Shown: piece by piece, positions 60,990-64,000 of the stretch
Layout: every line of letters starts with the position of its first letter
Position numbering within the stretch: position 1 is the stretch's first letter
From: Squalus acanthias
Lineage: Eukaryota
Direction of reading: 5' to 3'
Assembly: GCA_030390025.1 (NCBI GenBank)
Contig: JASTWF010000364.1
Coordinates: 62,001 to 126,000, forward strand
Length of the DNA: 64,000 bases
The notes under the pieces: model-generated
Told to the model about the DNA's origin: nothing
The model's database searches: none
What the model saw: only the letters and a program-made list of their open reading frames with translations
Translations under genes and position numbers: made by a program

Positions 60990-61320
60990 GCGGTTTGTTA
61001 CAATGGAGTGTCTTGCTGGGCCATTTCAGAGGGCAGTTAAGAGTCAACCACATTGCTGTGGGTCTGGAGTCACATATCGGCCAGACCAGGTAAGGATGGC
61101 AGATTTCCTTCCCTAAAGGATATTAGTGAACCAGATGGGTTTTTACGACAAACCGATAGTTTCATGGTCACCATTACTGATACTAGCTTTTTATTCCAGA
61201 TTTATTTAATTAACTGAATTTATATTCCCCAGCTGCCATGGTGAATTCATGTCTCCGGATCATTAGTCCAGGCCTCTGGATTACTAGCCCAGCAATATAA
61301 CCACTACACTACCGCACCCC
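60990..61320 (-). mobile_element. tRNA-head SINE-like retroposon of a second family
   Basis: The minus strand starts GGGTGCGGTAGTGTAGTGGTTATATTGCTGGGCTAGTAATCCAGAGGCC (A-box-like head). The body resembles a common chondrichthyan interspersed repeat by recollection only. Confidence 0.55.
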
Positions 61321-61533
61321 ATACTTCTGCACCAATGCACTGTCAAACCTTCATTTGAAAGCTGTTAAACAGAGAAACATATGAGGAAATATTCCACTGT
61401 CCAAGGTTATGATATTCAGTGTCATGTTTTGGTTTTGTTCTTTTATTGAGAAACCCAGGTATCAATGCCCCTAGTGGAGGAGAGCAACAAGGTTGGAAAT
61501 AGGAGAGAACATTGGTACATCAAGAAGTTGTGG

Positions 61534-61830
61534 TTAGTTGGCGCCAAGGTTGGGCTTTGGAGGAAAGAATGACTGAGGCAGGTGAGGAGTTGCACAGTTA
61601 TGATCAGGAGTTGAACCAGTGAATCTGGATTTCAACAATGAAGAATGACCATGTTGGATGAGGTATGTTGAAGCTTTTGGAGGAACAAGAAGAGTTGGTG
61701 GAACTAACTGCTTGCCACAGAAAAGGAAACTTAACTTCTTAAAGGCAACATTAGCAATGGAGGAGACATGGGAGTTCAGCAGGAGATGAGAGGAGACAGC
61801 AAGGGCAGAAATGTCAGTAGATGGAGTCAT
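61534..61830 (-). pseudogene. Highly degenerate non-LTR RT C-terminal fragment
   Basis: SHVSSIANVAFKKLSFLF resembles the H-I-x-x-I-x-x-x-A-x-K-x-L-G-F-L motif after the RT core of CR1/L2/Jockey-group LINEs. Confidence 0.4.
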
Positions 61831-62280
61831 CAGAGAGGAGGGTGGTGGCTAATGATTAGGCTCACAAGTTGTGTTTGAAAAATTGATAGAGACAAGATTG
61901 TCATTGCCCTGTAGAATAGTGTAGAAGAGGGGAAGATGCAGAGCTATTTGGTGAAAGTTTTAGACTTTGTCTTGGCTGTAATTGGCATCAAATCATGAAA
62001 CAGCGAGATGTTGCACTGCTACAATGTGAGGTCACTGCAACATGTGCACTGGAACCTTCGATCGCAGTCTCCACTTCACAGGGTTACAAGCGTGAAGTGA
62101 CATTTTATGGGCTGGGAACCAACGGTGCCTGATATGCTGATTTAAAAAAGGATTAATCAGTAACACGAAGTAAATCTAAAAGTAGCACCCCCGGTTGTGA
62201 AATGTATCTGGCAGAATCTCAAGTCACGTCTGAGTGTAGCTCGAAACTGCAAACCAGGTGCTTGTCGGCTAGTGTTCGCA

Positions 62281-62991
62281 CAACACACACACACACACAC
62301 TCTCTCTCTCACACACCCCAAACACACACACTCACACACACACACACACACACACACTCTCTCTCACACACACCAAACACACACACTCACACACACACAC
62401 ACACACACTCTCTCACACACACACACACCCCAAACACACACACACACACACACACTCACTCATACACACTCTCTCTCACAACACACACACTCACTCATAC
62501 ACACTCTCTCTCACAACACACACATACTCACACACACACCCCAAACACACACACTCACTCACACACACACTCTCACAACACACACACACACACACACACA
62601 AACACTCTCACAACACACACAAACACACACACACTCACTCACACACTCTCACAACACACACACACACACACACTCTCTCACAACACACACACACACACTC
62701 ACACACACACACTCACTCACACACACACACACACTCTAACAACACACACTCACACACAAACACACACACACACACACTCTCACAACACACACACACACAC
62801 TCTCACAACACACACACACACTCTCACAACACACACACACACTCATACACACTCTCTCTCACAACACACACATACTCACACACACACACCCCAAACACAC
62901 ACACTCACTCATACACACACACTCTCACAACACACACACACACACTCACACATACACTCTCACAACACACACACACACACACTCACACACA

Positions 62992-63024
<33 letters not shown>

Positions 63025-64000
63025 TCACACACACACACACTCACTCACACACACACTCACTCACTCACACAACACACACTCATACACAAACACACACACA
63101 CTCACTCACACACACATTCACTCACACACATACACACACTCTCACAACACACACACACTCACAAACAAACACATACACACTCACTCACACACACTCTCAC
63201 AACACACACACACTCACACACAAACACTCTCACAACACACATACACACTCACACACACACACACTCACTCACACACATACACACACTCTCACAACACACA
63301 CACACACACAAACACACACACACTCACTCACACACACACACTCTCACAACACACACACACACACTCACACACAAACACACTCTCACAACACACACACACA
63401 CACTCACACAAACACACTCACACTCACTCACACACATATTCACACACAAACACACACACACACACTCACTCACTCACAAACACACACACACACTCACTCA
63501 CACACACACACACAACACAACACACACTCACTCACACTCTCTCTCACAACACACACATACTCACACACACACACACTCACACATACACTCTCACAACACA
63601 CACACTCACACACAAACACACACACACACACACACTCACTCACACACACACTCACTCATGCACTCTCACAACACACACTCACACACACACACTCACTCAC
63701 ACACACATTCACTCACACACACACACACTCTCACAACACACACACACTCACAAACAAACACATACACACTCACTCACACACACTCTCACAACACACACAC
63801 ACACACTCACACACAAACACTCTCACAACACACACACACTCACACACAAACATACACACACTCACTCACACACACACTCACACACACACACTCAGAACAC
63901 ACACACACACTCACACACAAACACACACACACACTCACTCACACACTCTCACAACACACACACACACTCACACACAAACACACACACACACTCACTCACA
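62281..64000 (+). repeat. Degenerate (CA)n/(CT) compound microsatellite, runs off the right edge
   Basis: Directly visible CA repeats interspersed with CTCTCACAA, CTCACTCA and CAAA. Confidence 0.97.

Noticed and set aside
62197..62739. His/Thr-rich 180-aa ORF
   Set aside because: Translation of the (CA)n microsatellite.

Overview
Repeat-dense vertebrate genomic DNA. The CR1 LINEs, DeuSINE-type SINEs and Penelope fragment are most consistent with a cartilaginous fish (inference). Left end (1-4054, minus strand): the 5' part of a young LTR retroelement/endogenous retrovirus-like provirus. It has a 1.63-kb LTR (TGTA...TACA), an 18-nt tRNA-Arg(UCG) primer-binding site that overlaps the gag start codon, and a coiled-coil gag with an overlapping PSAP/PPxY motif, a CCHC knuckle and one +1 frame break. 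A UGA-CUAG stop then reads in frame into protease/pol, which runs off the window. 4.1-10.2 kb: nested CR1 LINEs, a DeuSINE-like SINE and a Harbinger-like MITE. Two opposite-orientation (CT)n/(GA)n compound satellites lie either side of a 200-N gap. A ~39-kb array of a 15-bp G-rich unit (14657-53654) with kb-scale higher-order duplications produces almost all the long ORFs in the ORF track, which are artefacts. Right part: a candidate terminal coding exon of an unidentified host gene (54082-54304), a 67-bp minisatellite, a TSD-flanked Penelope-type hairpin with a minimal hammerhead ribozyme on each strand, SINEs (one with an internal 33-bp expansion), old LINE fragments and a degenerate (CA)n tract. 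No database searches were possible, so family names come from motif recognition.
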